Origin: a virus
Lineage: Duplodnaviria; Heunggongvirae; Uroviricota; Caudoviricetes
Length of the DNA stretch: 64,000 bases
Virus record (IMG/VR): IMGVR_UViG_3300013383_000021
Location: 27,767 to 91,766 of that record
Strand: one strand, 5' to 3'
The first letter of the stretch is position 1, and the number at the start of each line of letters is the position of its first letter. A model generated the notes under the pieces. It was not told the DNA's origin. It searched no databases and was given only the letters and a program-made list of their open reading frames with translations. A program made the translations under genes and the position numbers. Shown piece after piece: positions 19,131-30,700 of this stretch.

Positions 19131-22100
19131 GTGGCGGAAGAATTTGGTGTAAAGGTAAAACTTATACCTGAGTTTGATAGCAATGCTTTGAAGACTGCTG
19201 CTAGTGCGGCTGTTGGGAAGAACGGCGTGCAGGTAAATCTCCTGCCCGTAATTGATACTAAAGGACTGCAGAATGCCGTCAATGCCGCAGCAAAAAATCT
19301 AGTTCTAAATATAGATGATGTAAAGATCAACGGCAAGAATAGTCGGGGCGGCGGAGGTTCTGGCAGTGGTGGCAACTCTGGGAGTAAGAAGTCGTCCGCT
19401 ACTAATATCGAACCTCTTATTAAGTATTATAAAAATCTAGTAGACTATATCCGAAAGAACCCGTCTGTTCAAAGAGACAAGACTTTATCTGGTGATCTGT
19501 CTAATGAAAAGAAAGCGCTAGCTGGTATTGTCAGAGGCGCTATTCAGGCCGGATCTTACAACAAGAACGAGTTTACTAATAGCAAGAATAAGATTGCCGC
19601 AATACAAAATGCGGCTAGAATCCGGGGCTTGGAGGATACATCCACTCCAAATAAGGCGGTTGTAGCACTTCAAAAACAAGTCGATGCCATTCGTGAAAAA
19701 GCTGCCAAGTATAGCACATCGACGGCAGATACTGCGAAAGTAGAAGCTGAGTTAAAGAAGGCGGAGGGTGCGATCCACCAGCTCAGTCAACTAGGAACGG
19801 TATCCGCCGAAAGTTTTGGCAAGGTTGAATCTTCGGCGAGAGCAGCTATTACATCCGCTAAGGGAGCAATGGATAGCCTTTCTGCTTCAGTTAAAGATAC
19901 ATCTAACGATTTGGTTCCCGTATACAATCTGTTAAAGAAAATATCCAGCATGGATCAACCGAAGAAGTTGTCGTTGTTGGACGATACTGATGTTAATGAT
20001 CTAAAGTCTTATAAGGCGCAGCTTGAAGCAATTGTTGAGACTGGGGCATATAGCAAGTCGGATTTGAAGAAAATTACGTCGGGCGTTGCTGGGATTGATT
20101 ATAAGCAGAGTAGTGCCAATACCGGGTTTAAATCAGAAGTTCTTTCTATAGTACAGGGTGTAACTGCAGCCGAAGCAATACAGGGCGCTTTTTATAAAGC
20201 AAAGCAAGTTGCGACAGAAATGGTTAGTGCCGTCAAAGACATTAACGACGCACTAACCCAGCTTACCATTGTTACCGGGAAGAGCGGTTCAGAACTTGAT
20301 TCATTCTTCCAGAAGGCAGCAGATTCAGCTTATGATATGGGGCATAGTGTGACAGAGGTACTTGGGTCCGTCGAGACATTCTCTCGACTCGGCTATGGGT
20401 TGGAAGACGCCTCTACCCTCGCTGATGCTGCGACTGTTATGTCTAATGTTGCTGACACAACAGTGGACGCGTCAACGACTGGTTTAACTTCTATTATCAA
20501 GGGCTATGGCCTTGAAGCCTCCGACGCCACTCGTGTTTCTGATGTCTTGGCCAAGGTTGGCAAGGACTACGCCATTAGTGCTGAAGGACTGATGTCTGCG
20601 TTGGAACGTGGCGGTGCTGCTCTTAACGTGGCCAATACATCGTTTGAAGAATCTGTTGCTCTCGCAGCAGCCGGAAACGCCGCAATTCAGGACCCGGAAA
20701 AAATCGGAAATGCCTTGAAAACTGTTTCCGCAAGAATTCGCACATCTAAGCCAGAGCTTGAAGAACTCGGCGAAGATTACGACGATGTTGCGACATCAGC
20801 CGCAAAGTATCGCGCAGAGATTAAGGCGTTGTCTGGTGTTGATATTATGGAGAACGCCACTACCTATAAGTCGATTTACGATATTATGGTGGAAATTGCG
20901 AGCGTTTGGGATAAGATGTCCGACACAGATCAGGCAGCCCTGCTTGAGCGTATCGCTGGTAAGAATCAGTCCAACGTTGTTGCTGGCATCATCACCAATC
21001 TAAAGGATTTGACAGGTGCTTATGACGAAGCCCTAAGTGCTTCCGGAGAAACCGAAGCGGCTAATGAAGTTGTTATGAACTCAATCTCCGGTAAGGTCGG
21101 CCAATTTAAAGAGCAGTTTGAAGAACTGTCTTACAACACTATAAACTCAGATTTAGTAAAAGGTGTAGTGTCCGGCGGCACAGGTATTTTAGGATTCCTA
21201 AATAAAGCAATAGAGCTATTCCATCAGCTTGGCCCTGTCGCGACCGTGGCTGAAACTGCACTTGCTGGTATAGCGGGTGTTAAACTAGCAAAAGGCGGGG
21301 CGGATATAATTAAGCAACTCGCTACAGGTGACAACAAGGATTCCTTTAGCGGGATACTTGCTGGGAAGGCTTTGTCTGGTGTTGACAAGGCTAAAAGTGC
21401 AATCAGTGGCCTATGGGGTGTTATATCAGCTCATCCTGTTGCAGCTGCGGTAGTCGCCGTTGGTACATTGGCTACTGCGTTTGGCGTCACCGCAATGAAG
21501 GCTGAATCCCTCGATAGCAAGATTGAAAAATTGCAAGCGTCTACGGAGTCTTATAAGGCAGCCCAGACAGATGTAGATAATACGGAAACGCAGATAGAAG
21601 CTAATCAAAAGATCATTGATAACATACGAGATCAGGGTTATACGAGTCTTACTGATGAAGGCACGGTCGCGAAGCTCCAGAGGGAGAACGAAGGGCTTCG
21701 GCGTACACTTGCGTACAAAAAGGAAGTTGCTGAAACAGAATCTAAAAAGGTTCATGACGATGCATTAAGTGTTATAACATCAAGTGGCGGCGCGTGGGAT
21801 TCTATATCAGCAGCCTTCACTGGCGGTTATGACGGTCTTCTTGGAGAAAGACTTCTCGCTGCATCTGAAGATATCCTTAAAAGTAGCGAAGCTGTAAAAG
21901 AATCCAAGGAGGCGTTAGAAGACACCACTTTGCCAGAATGGCAAAGAACAGGTTACGAAAACGGCCTGACATTAAACGAAGAAAATCTTGAGTCAGCCAA
22001 AGCAGCCGCCCAGGAGTATGTCTCTGTTATTGAGGACACATTAAGTGGTTTTGAGGCGGCAACACCCGAAGAGCAAAAGTATGTTGATCTGCTCCGTGAG

Positions 22101-25100
22101 TCGGAGGCTGCTTATGTGCAGGCAATGGACGCTGCTGAGGGAAAGAGTATCGAAGAAATCATTGGTGATGGTTTCGCCGCAGACGGTACTTTGTCATCCT
22201 TGGTTGATGATTTTTACAACCTTGGTGACGCTGGGGATGTGACAAAGCAATCTATTCTAGCGCTTGCCAGTGAGTTCCCTGAATTGAACACGTTCATGCA
22301 AATGCATGGCATTACCGCACAGCAACTTTGTGATTACTATAACAACCTGGCAGACGCTACTGACCGTGTGTTGTCTTCTGAAGAACAGTATGGTTACGTG
22401 CTACAAGACGTGATCTCTTTCGGGAAGAGTATGCAAAATTATCAAAATATGTCGAAGTCTTATGCTCCGTATGATGAGACTGTAAAGGCATATGATAATA
22501 TGATGCAGTATCAAAAGACTGGGATGACTGGTCTCGGCAATGAGAGTTATTGGGGCTTCTTAAAAGAAAACTTTGTTGGCTTTGACGATGTTGATATTAG
22601 TAATGTTGGCGAGAAAAGAAAGCAGGCAGAGAAACTTCTAAAAGAGTACGACTCGATTTATAGGAATAGAGATAAGGACGGCAATTTAACTGCGTCTGGT
22701 CTTCAGGCATTCTTTGATAAGATAAACTCTAGTAAAGAGGCCCAGGCTGTACTAAAGAAATACGGCGACTCGTTCACCAAGGACAAAAACGGTGACTACG
22801 ACTGGAATATCCCGGTCAGTCATTTCAAAGAAGTAGCAGAAGCACTTGGTCTGTCGAGAGAAGGATTTGAGTCTCTGGTTGCTGCAGCTGGGAACTACAT
22901 TGATATAGACTGGTCCGACGATGCCGGGATGGATTATTTTGAGCGGCTCAAGAAACACGCGAAAGAGGCCGGTGACTCTATTGAGAGCACGAAAGAGTAC
23001 GTTGTTGCGTCTAAGGAAACTATCGAAAGAGCCGCGAAAGGATCAGGCAAATCCGAAGAAGAGTTTGCTAAAGAATATCAGAAAGAGAAAAAGAAGGTTC
23101 TGTACACGGATCTCGGAGGAGGGTACTATCAGGCTGACTATAGTTCTGTAGAGAAGGCTGCGCAGGAAGCTGGTAGAACCTTGCTAGGATATGTAAATAC
23201 GCTCGAATCTGAAACAGGTAAAAAAATTATTCTGTCTATGGATGTCGACACCGTAGACGCAGAAAAAGCGGTCGGCACATTTGTTGAAGACGAGAACGGT
23301 CAAGTCATTAAGGTTTACTCCGAGGTAGACAAAAACTCTATCGAACAAATAAAGAAAGAGTATGAGGGACAAAACGTCACTATTAAGGTCCGCACTGGAT
23401 ACGCCGGAGAAAAAGAAACGGTCGAAAAATCAAGCAGCGCTGATAAAGAAAACGAAATTAAAACTAAGGTTTCAGTAGTTGGCACGGAAGAAGCTAGCGC
23501 GAAGATTGATGCGCTTGAAGGAAAGTATGACGCGTTTCGATCTAAGCCAAATATCACAAAGACTATTACGACCAACTATGTAGAAAATCATACTGTTAAC
23601 AGGTCCGGCGGTTCCTCTTCGGGTAACTCTCATCGCTATGCTGGCCTGACTATAAATGGTAGTAGTGGTGGTGCTAGACGGAGACAGACAAACGGATCTA
23701 AGGCTAACGGTACTGCCTTCGCTCAAGGCACATCTGGTTTCTGGGGTGCTGGGGATTCCGGCACCGCTCTTGGCGGCGAGGTTGGCCCCGAACTGTTGGT
23801 ACGGGACGGCTCATTCTATGTAATTGGACAAGACGGCGCAGAGTTTTTTGACTACCGTTCTCATGATATAATTTTTAACGCTGCGCAGACAGAAGAACTC
23901 TTCAAGAAGGGCAAACTTCGCGGCTCTGACACTCGTGGCAAAACAGCCATGGCGGACGGTACTGCCTTTGCTGGTAGCACTACTGGCGGGAAAAAGAACT
24001 TCGGTAATCCTAACCCTGGTGTTCGTGGCGACAGTAGCTTAAAGTCGGAGGGTTCCTCTTCTAAGTCTAACTCCAGCAAGAAAAACAAAAAAAAATCTTC
24101 TAGTAAGAAAAAATCGTCTGGCAAGAAGAAGGGTTCCGGTTCAAAATCAGACGCCGAGTTTTTCGATTGGGTTGAAGTCAAGCTTCAGAGAATCGAGGAA
24201 GCTATTGAACTTGTTAAGATAACAGCTGATAGCGCTTATCAGCTGGTGGGGACGCGAAATGATGCCTTGCGAAAGAACATCAAGAATCTCAACAGTGAGA
24301 TTGTAACGCAAGGCAAGGCGTACGACTATTATATCAAGAAGGCAAACTCTGTTGGTTTAAGCAAAGCGTATAAAAAAAAAGTGCAAAACGGCGCGATTGA
24401 TATTGATAAGATCTCCAATAAGAAGCTGAAAGAAAAGATCAGTCAATATCAAGAGTGGTATAATAAAGCTCAAGACTGCAAGAAGCAGGTAGAGGAGCTG
24501 AAGGTAACTGTTGCCGACGCTTATAAAGAAATATTTGATAACTACTCCACTAGAGCACAGAACACTATTGACCGTGCGAAGGATTATCAGGAAGCATTCC
24601 AGGCATCTATCGACTTTTATGAAGAGGCAGGCTATAAAGCAAGTTCTAAGTATTACGATGCTTTGATTAAGTATGAAGCTAGGAATCAGAACAGGCTTGT
24701 GGCTAAACGAGCTGGCCTCGTGAAGAAGTTAAACGAGGCTGTTGATTCTGGGTCTGTGAAGATTGCTTCCGAGGCATGGTATGATATGCGGCATGAGATC
24801 GACCAACTCACAACTTCTATTATTGAGGCGGACGAAGCATTAGCAAGATATAAAAATGAGTTGCGGCAATTAGACTGGGATAAGTTTGACGATATGCAGG
24901 ATGGTTTCTCGAAACTAACAGACGAGGCAGATTTTCTCATTGACTTAATGAGCAAGAAGGATTTGTTTGATGACAACGGAGCGATTACTAACGAAGGTAT
25001 CGCTACCAAAGCGTTGCACGCTCAGAATTACGACGTGTATATGGCCCAGGCTGATCAGTATGCTAAGGCTATCGCTGAGATCAATAAGTCTATCGCAAAC

Positions 25101-26561
25101 GACCCGTACAACACAAAGCTTTTAGAGCGTCGTGAAGACTTAATTGAATCACATAGAGACGCTATCCTGGCAGCAAATGACGAGAAGGACGCGCTAAAGG
25201 ATTTAGCAGAGGACGGGTTCGACGCCCTGTTGGATTCTCTGAAGGATACTATTGATGAATACGAGAAAGCGTTAGATAGCGCAAAAGATCTGTACGACTA
25301 CCAGAAGAACATCGATGAGCAAGTTAAGAATATATCAAAGCTGGAGAAGCAGCTGTCGGCTTATTCTGGAGACACTTCAGAGGAATCTAAGAAGACTGTC
25401 CAACAGTTGAAGAACGACCTAAAGGAAGCAAAGGACGACCTGCAGGACACCCAGTATGATCAGTATATTTCTGACACAAAAGAACTTCTGGATGATCTTG
25501 TTGACAACTTTGAGGAGTTTATAAACGAACGTCTTGATGATATAGATAAGCTACTATCTGACGCTATTGAGTCTGCGAACAAGAATGCGTCAACAGTTTC
25601 CGATACAATTACTAGCGCGACCGAAGAGGTTGGGGCTACTCTTTCTGATTCGATGAAGACTATTTGGGATGAGAACAGCTCTAAGGATGTACTGGCTAAT
25701 TACAGTGACAACTTTAGTGAAGAGTGTACTACCTTAAATGGTATTCTGAATGAGATTAAAGAGTACGTCGCGCGTCTATATTCTAATGGTGACTCTGATG
25801 CTGCTGGTGATATAAAGGATGTTGAAAATCAGACTGACGAAGGCAAGGGCACTCCGAAGTCAAATACCGGTGGCGACACTACAACCACAACAAAGACTCC
25901 GCCAGATGATAAAAAAATGGACGGAATCTTCTATAAGAAGAAATACACCGGCAACAAGAAAAAGCTGCAGCCTAATAAATACTTCATCCATAGATTAAAG
26001 TACAAAGATTACGATTGGTCAATGAAGGCCCGAAACGAGTATTTCAAAAAGATGGGTTTCGAAAAGAAGTACGGAAAGAAATACGAAAAGATCGGCGGCA
26101 AGTATAACAAGCAGCTAATCGCATGGATGAAGAAGCGTGGCTATGCGTCTGGCATACAGAGTGTCCCCCGCGATGAGCTTACGTGGACTCAGGAGAATGG
26201 CCCGGAGACTATCATTCGTAAGTCTGACGGAGCTTTGCTTACTCAGCTCAAGAAAGGCGATAGCGTTTTGAATCGAGACGCTACGTCCAATATCTGGGAT
26301 ATGGCGAACAACCCTCGTGACTTCATCGCCCGCGCTATGAACTTCGGCGTTAGTTGGCCAGTTGCTAAAGTCCCTGGTAGCACTGGCAACAATATCAAAA
26401 ATTCTATCGACATGGAAATTGTTCTTCCGAACGTGTCAAACTACAATGACTTCATGAACTCAGCACGGTCTGATCCTAAGTTTGAAAAGTTGGTTCAGGC
26501 AATGACTGTTGATAGGCTGGCGGGTAGAAACGCAAAAGGAAAGAATAACATCAAATGGTAA
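19131..26561 (+). CDS. tail tape measure protein (2476 aa)
   Basis: GTG start with aaggtggtg RBS. Giant coiled-coil-rich ORF. Gly-rich and Lys/Ser low-complexity segments. Position between chaperones and Dit. Confidence 0.85.
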   Translation: MAEEFGVKVKLIPEFDSNALKTAASAAVGKNGVQVNLLPVIDTKGLQNAVNAAAKNLVLNIDDVKINGKNSRGGGGSGSGGNSGSKKSSATNIEPLIKYYKNLVDYIRKNPSVQRDKTLSGDLSNEKKALAGIVRGAIQAGSYNKNEFTNSKNKIAAIQNAARIRGLEDTSTPNKAVVALQKQVDAIREKAAKYSTSTADTAKVEAELKKAEGAIHQLSQLGTVSAESFGKVESSARAAITSAKGAMDSLSASVKDTSNDLVPVYNLLKKISSMDQPKKLSLLDDTDVNDLKSYKAQLEAIVETGAYSKSDLKKITSGVAGIDYKQSSANTGFKSEVLSIVQGVTAAEAIQGAFYKAKQVATEMVSAVKDINDALTQLTIVTGKSGSELDSFFQKAADSAYDMGHSVTEVLGSVETFSRLGYGLEDASTLADAATVMSNVADTTVDASTTGLTSIIKGYGLEASDATRVSDVLAKVGKDYAISAEGLMSALERGGAALNVANTSFEESVALAAAGNAAIQDPEKIGNALKTVSARIRTSKPELEELGEDYDDVATSAAKYRAEIKALSGVDIMENATTYKSIYDIMVEIASVWDKMSDTDQAALLERIAGKNQSNVVAGIITNLKDLTGAYDEALSASGETEAANEVVMNSISGKVGQFKEQFEELSYNTINSDLVKGVVSGGTGILGFLNKAIELFHQLGPVATVAETALAGIAGVKLAKGGADIIKQLATGDNKDSFSGILAGKALSGVDKAKSAISGLWGVISAHPVAAAVVAVGTLATAFGVTAMKAESLDSKIEKLQASTESYKAAQTDVDNTETQIEANQKIIDNIRDQGYTSLTDEGTVAKLQRENEGLRRTLAYKKEVAETESKKVHDDALSVITSSGGAWDSISAAFTGGYDGLLGERLLAASEDILKSSEAVKESKEALEDTTLPEWQRTGYENGLTLNEENLESAKAAAQEYVSVIEDTLSGFEAATPEEQKYVDLLRESEAAYVQAMDAAEGKSIEEIIGDGFAADGTLSSLVDDFYNLGDAGDVTKQSILALASEFPELNTFMQMHGITAQQLCDYYNNLADATDRVLSSEEQYGYVLQDVISFGKSMQNYQNMSKSYAPYDETVKAYDNMMQYQKTGMTGLGNESYWGFLKENFVGFDDVDISNVGEKRKQAEKLLKEYDSIYRNRDKDGNLTASGLQAFFDKINSSKEAQAVLKKYGDSFTKDKNGDYDWNIPVSHFKEVAEALGLSREGFESLVAAAGNYIDIDWSDDAGMDYFERLKKHAKEAGDSIESTKEYVVASKETIERAAKGSGKSEEEFAKEYQKEKKKVLYTDLGGGYYQADYSSVEKAAQEAGRTLLGYVNTLESETGKKIILSMDVDTVDAEKAVGTFVEDENGQVIKVYSEVDKNSIEQIKKEYEGQNVTIKVRTGYAGEKETVEKSSSADKENEIKTKVSVVGTEEASAKIDALEGKYDAFRSKPNITKTITTNYVENHTVNRSGGSSSGNSHRYAGLTINGSSGGARRRQTNGSKANGTAFAQGTSGFWGAGDSGTALGGEVGPELLVRDGSFYVIGQDGAEFFDYRSHDIIFNAAQTEELFKKGKLRGSDTRGKTAMADGTAFAGSTTGGKKNFGNPNPGVRGDSSLKSEGSSSKSNSSKKNKKKSSSKKKSSGKKKGSGSKSDAEFFDWVEVKLQRIEEAIELVKITADSAYQLVGTRNDALRKNIKNLNSEIVTQGKAYDYYIKKANSVGLSKAYKKKVQNGAIDIDKISNKKLKEKISQYQEWYNKAQDCKKQVEELKVTVADAYKEIFDNYSTRAQNTIDRAKDYQEAFQASIDFYEEAGYKASSKYYDALIKYEARNQNRLVAKRAGLVKKLNEAVDSGSVKIASEAWYDMRHEIDQLTTSIIEADEALARYKNELRQLDWDKFDDMQDGFSKLTDEADFLIDLMSKKDLFDDNGAITNEGIATKALHAQNYDVYMAQADQYAKAIAEINKSIANDPYNTKLLERREDLIESHRDAILAANDEKDALKDLAEDGFDALLDSLKDTIDEYEKALDSAKDLYDYQKNIDEQVKNISKLEKQLSAYSGDTSEESKKTVQQLKNDLKEAKDDLQDTQYDQYISDTKELLDDLVDNFEEFINERLDDIDKLLSDAIESANKNASTVSDTITSATEEVGATLSDSMKTIWDENSSKDVLANYSDNFSEECTTLNGILNEIKEYVARLYSNGDSDAAGDIKDVENQTDEGKGTPKSNTGGDTTTTTKTPPDDKKMDGIFYKKKYTGNKKKLQPNKYFIHRLKYKDYDWSMKARNEYFKKMGFEKKYGKKYEKIGGKYNKQLIAWMKKRGYASGIQSVPRDELTWTQENGPETIIRKSDGALLTQLKKGDSVLNRDATSNIWDMANNPRDFIARAMNFGVSWPVAKVPGSTGNNIKNSIDMEIVLPNVSNYNDFMNSARSDPKFEKLVQAMTVDRLAGRNAKGKNNIKW

Positions 26562-26615
26562 TAGAAAACGGGAGCGGCTGTGCCGCTCCCGTTCGTCATT
26601 ATTGGAGGAAATGGT

Positions 26616-26909
26616 TTGGATTACAAAAGAAGATATCAAGCTCAAAAGAACAAGTATGAGCGGCTAAGAGAGAAGTACGATAATATGCTGGCCGAGAAAG
26701 AGTTGTTCGAAGCGCGATATTCTGATTCATTAAACGAGATTGATTCGCTAAACGAAGAGGTCTCTAATCTGAAAGCAGAGCTAGCTAAAGCAATTCTCGA
26801 CGCGACAACGCAGAGCGACAACTATGCGGTCCTAAACAAAAAAATGGCTAGACTGCTCAAAGAGATTGAACGAGAGTTTTATAGACGCTACCAGACAGTA
26901 GCAGAATAA
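26616..26909 (+). CDS. small coiled-coil protein (TTG start likely)
   Basis: RBS ggagga, then TTG 26616. Heptad-rich sequence. Confidence 0.35.
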   Translation: MDYKRRYQAQKNKYERLREKYDNMLAEKELFEARYSDSLNEIDSLNEEVSNLKAELAKAILDATTQSDNYAVLNKKMARLLKEIEREFYRRYQTVAE

Positions 26910-26928
26910 ATGAATAGGAGGTTACTAT

Positions 26929-27744
26929 ATGAGAGCAACAGATTTCATATATGATGGCGTGCAACTTAGTAGCCTCGGCTACGTCGTATGCACGTTTGAT
27001 AGCGGCGGCACTGATAGTAGCTCCGCTGGGTCTGAGATTACTTTTAACTCCGTCAAGCAGCACGGCGGAGTTTACTATGCGCAGACGGGGACAGAATACG
27101 AGCAGTGTTTCTCCACTACATTCAGTATCTGTAGAGATATTACTGACGGCCCCGGCCAGGAGATCTCTCTGGCTGATTACCGCAAGTTGATGCGCTGGCT
27201 AAACCGTAAGCAGTTTCATGACTTTGTTTTGCTCGACCCGAAAGAAGATGATTGGAAGAATATCACTTTCCAAGGAAGCTTCAATGTGGAGAAGATTGAA
27301 TTCTCCGGCAATATCATCGGATTGAATCTTACGTTTAATACTAACCGACCGTTTGGTGTTGGCAAAGCGACAACCGTTGCGTTCTCTATAGAAGCCGCTA
27401 ATGGTACTTACAGTATAACAAACGACTCAGACGAAATTGGAGTTCTCTATCCTGACCTCTTTGAAATCACATGCAAGCAGGATGGCGACCTCACCATCAC
27501 TAATAATCCGGAGGGGCAGGTTACATTTATTACTGGTTGCACTTCTGGAGAAAAGGTAACGATGGATTGTGCGAATCAGATTATTACCTCTTCCCTAGCC
27601 TCTCACAAAAAGATTTATAACGATTTCAATTTCACTTTCTTCCGGCTTTATAATTCTTACTCAGAGCGTGTGAATGTTGTTACTTTCTCTATGCCATGCG
27701 ACGTAAAAATCGTCTATAGGCCGATACGGAAGGTGGTGTTCTAA
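26929..27744 (+). CDS. distal tail protein (Dit), putative
   Basis: 271 aa. Directly after the TMP. RBS aataggagg. Confidence 0.5.
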   Translation: MRATDFIYDGVQLSSLGYVVCTFDSGGTDSSSAGSEITFNSVKQHGGVYYAQTGTEYEQCFSTTFSICRDITDGPGQEISLADYRKLMRWLNRKQFHDFVLLDPKEDDWKNITFQGSFNVEKIEFSGNIIGLNLTFNTNRPFGVGKATTVAFSIEAANGTYSITNDSDEIGVLYPDLFEITCKQDGDLTITNNPEGQVTFITGCTSGEKVTMDCANQIITSSLASHKKIYNDFNFTFFRLYNSYSERVNVVTFSMPCDVKIVYRPIRKVVF

Positions 27745-30700
27745 TGGCTATTCGTATTCAGTTTGATGGGACTGGCTCGCCGGAATGCCCTACTTTAGTG
27801 CTAGCTAAACGAGGCGGCGAAAAGCTCGGTGTTTTAAACACAGTTGATAATATCAGCGTGTCAGATAGACTGAGTGACGCCTGCGAATTATCTTTCGACG
27901 TACATAAAGAGTTCGACGGTAAGGTCTGTCCTATATGGAATAAGATTGTTGACTTCAAATTGGTCTGGTGTAAAGAGTGGGACAAATGGTTCTCTATCTC
28001 TGTTAACACACAGGAATCTTCTAGGGTTATGAAGAGTGTGACCGCGACTAGTTTGGGAGAGGCCGAGTTGTCTCAGATTCTACTACACGACATTGAGATT
28101 AACACGGAAGACGACATCAACAGAGATGACTATGATGAGGACTTCCCTACTATTCTCTATCGTCCAGACAAGCCAGAGGCTTCCCTTCTCCATCGTCTGA
28201 TGGAGAAAGCGCCGCACTATTCTGTCGGTCATATGGACTCGACTATAGCAAAGCTTCAGCGCACTTTTTCTTTTGATGGCGATTCTATCAAGGACGCCTT
28301 TGACGCTATTGCAGAAGAGATTGGGTGTCTGTTTGTTTATCCTTCTAGGTCTACTGATAAAGGAACTCCATCTCGCACAGTGGAGGTGTATGACCTGGAA
28401 CGCACCTGTCTGGATTGTGGCTATAGAGGTGAATTTGACGGTAACTGCCCTGAGTGTAAGAGTTCTAATATTAACGAGGGCTACGGCCAAGACACAACAA
28501 TCTTTGTTTCCACGGAAAATCTTACCGATGAAGTATCTTACGAAACAGATACCGACTCTGTGAAAAATTGTTTTCGGCTAACTGCTGGTGACGATTTAAT
28601 GACGGCGACTGTCCGCCTATGTAACCCAAGTGGCGGCGGATATATCTGGTGTATCACGGATGACACCAAAGAGGACATGTCGGACGAGCTAGTAGCGAAA
28701 TTAAACAGTTATGACGAGCTGTGTCAGCATTACAACGAAGAGGCTGGCAGTTCTATTGACGCTACCATCCTAGCTTCCTACAACGAGCTTGTAGACAAGT
28801 ATAAGTCGATGAACGAAGACCTAGAGAAGATCACCTCTCCTATAGCAGGATACTCTAACCTGGTCAAAGCTTACTTTAGTGCGATAGAGTTTGGCAGCTA
28901 CTTGCAGACATCTATGATGCCAACCTATGAGCATCAGGAGACAAACGCTGCGTCGCAAGCTGCTCTGCTGACAGCGGATAACCTCTCCCCTATCGCGGTA
29001 TCTAAGCTGACTTCTGGGACATCAAAGGCTACAGTCGAAAGCGCACTAAAGGCAATGGTAAAAGTGTTTATCGACACAAGTAGATTTAAGTTTACTATTA
29101 ACACAATCTCGTGGGTAAACACGGAAGGCAAAACACCAACATGGACAGGCAACTTTACCGTTACTAGCTACACCGAGGAAGACGACGAGGCGACCTCGGC
29201 CACTATTTCCATTGTCGTGACAGATAACTACGCTGACTACGCGAAGCAGTTAGTGGAAAAGAAAATCGCTATCTCAGATACAGAGGATGTTAGTATCACC
29301 GGTTTGTTTAAGCTAGAGCTAGAGCAATTCACAAACAACCTAAAGAAGTACAGCATGGACTGTCTGAACGAGTTCGAGGATTGCTGCCAAGACGTCTTGA
29401 ATATCTTGACTGAGTCCGGCGGCGGCGAAACAACTTCGATTATGTACGACCAGTATTACCTACCGTACTATAATAAGCTACTTGCAATACAGGCAGAGAA
29501 GGATGTTCGCAGCTCAGAACTCAGGATTATATTGGGCGACGAGGAAACCGAAACAGATTCAGGCGAACCGGTGCTTGGAGTAAAGCAGTATATCGAAAGA
29601 GCGCAGGAAGAAATCCGGAGTGCTCTCGATTTAGAAACATACCTAGGTCATGATTTGTGGGTTGAGTTTTCTTCTTATCGCAGAGAAGATGAGTACTCTA
29701 ACGACAATTTCATCTCTGACGGGCTAACTGATTCAGAGCTTGTTGACCAAGCACTTCAGTTTATTGATAAAGCTAAGAAAGAAATCTATAAGTCCGCGAA
29801 CCTGCAGCACACTATCACGGCGACGTTGAAGAACCTTCTAATCATTCCGGCGTTTGCACCGATAGTTGATTATTTCTCTGTGGGCAATTGGATACGAGTA
29901 AGGGTTGACGACGCGGTATATAGGCTACGGCTTGTTAGCTACGACATCGACTACTCCGATATGGATAATCTATCTGTTGAGTTTTCCGATGTCACTAAGA
30001 CGCTTAGTGGTACGGCTGACGTGGCGGACATTTTATCTCGCGCGTCTTCCATGGCGTCCACTTTTGATTATGTAACAAAGCAAGCAGTTAAGGGTTCCGA
30101 TGCGTCTGGCGTTCTTTCTAACTGGACGGAGAATGGCTTAGCTGCAACGCATACAAAGATTATAGATAGCGCAGATAATCAGAACATGGTTGTTGACCAG
30201 CACGGGACTCTTTACAGAAAGTTCGACCCGATGACTGAGAAGTACGAAGACATTCAGATGAAGATTATCAACTCCACCATTGCTATCACGGACGACAACT
30301 GGAAGTCTACTCGCGCGGCTCTTGGCCGCTTCTTCTATGTTAATCCGAAGACCGGAGAGTATACAGAGGGGTATGGTATCAACGGCGAAGTTCTTTGCGG
30401 TAAGCTATTGCTAGGCGAGTCCCTAGGGATCTATAACTCTGACAATAGTATGCGGTTTGACGCTGATGGTTTGACAGTTACAAACGGCACGAACACGGTT
30501 ACTATTGATCCCAAGGGAGATTCGGTGCTGTCAATAGTTAGCGAAAATGGAACTGTGATTTCGTTTAATAAGGACGGCACGGCAAACTTTACTGGCAACG
30601 TTAACGCCACCTCCCTATCCACCGGCGGCAAGGATTCTATAACTTCTACAAAAAATGGCACTTATATTGCAGCAGATGGATCTATTTATGTTGGAGGAGA

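Noticed and set aside
21426-24181. Several 60-110-aa ORFs on both strands inside the tape measure gene
   Set aside because: They are internal to a 7.4-kb uninterrupted CDS. They have no RBS, and some have low-complexity composition.
26567-26593. Hairpin after the TMP stop as a rho-independent terminator
   Set aside because: The perfect stem gggagcggc/gccgctccc lacks a downstream U-tract, and the next gene begins within or just after it. It is more likely an mRNA-stability or attenuator structure.
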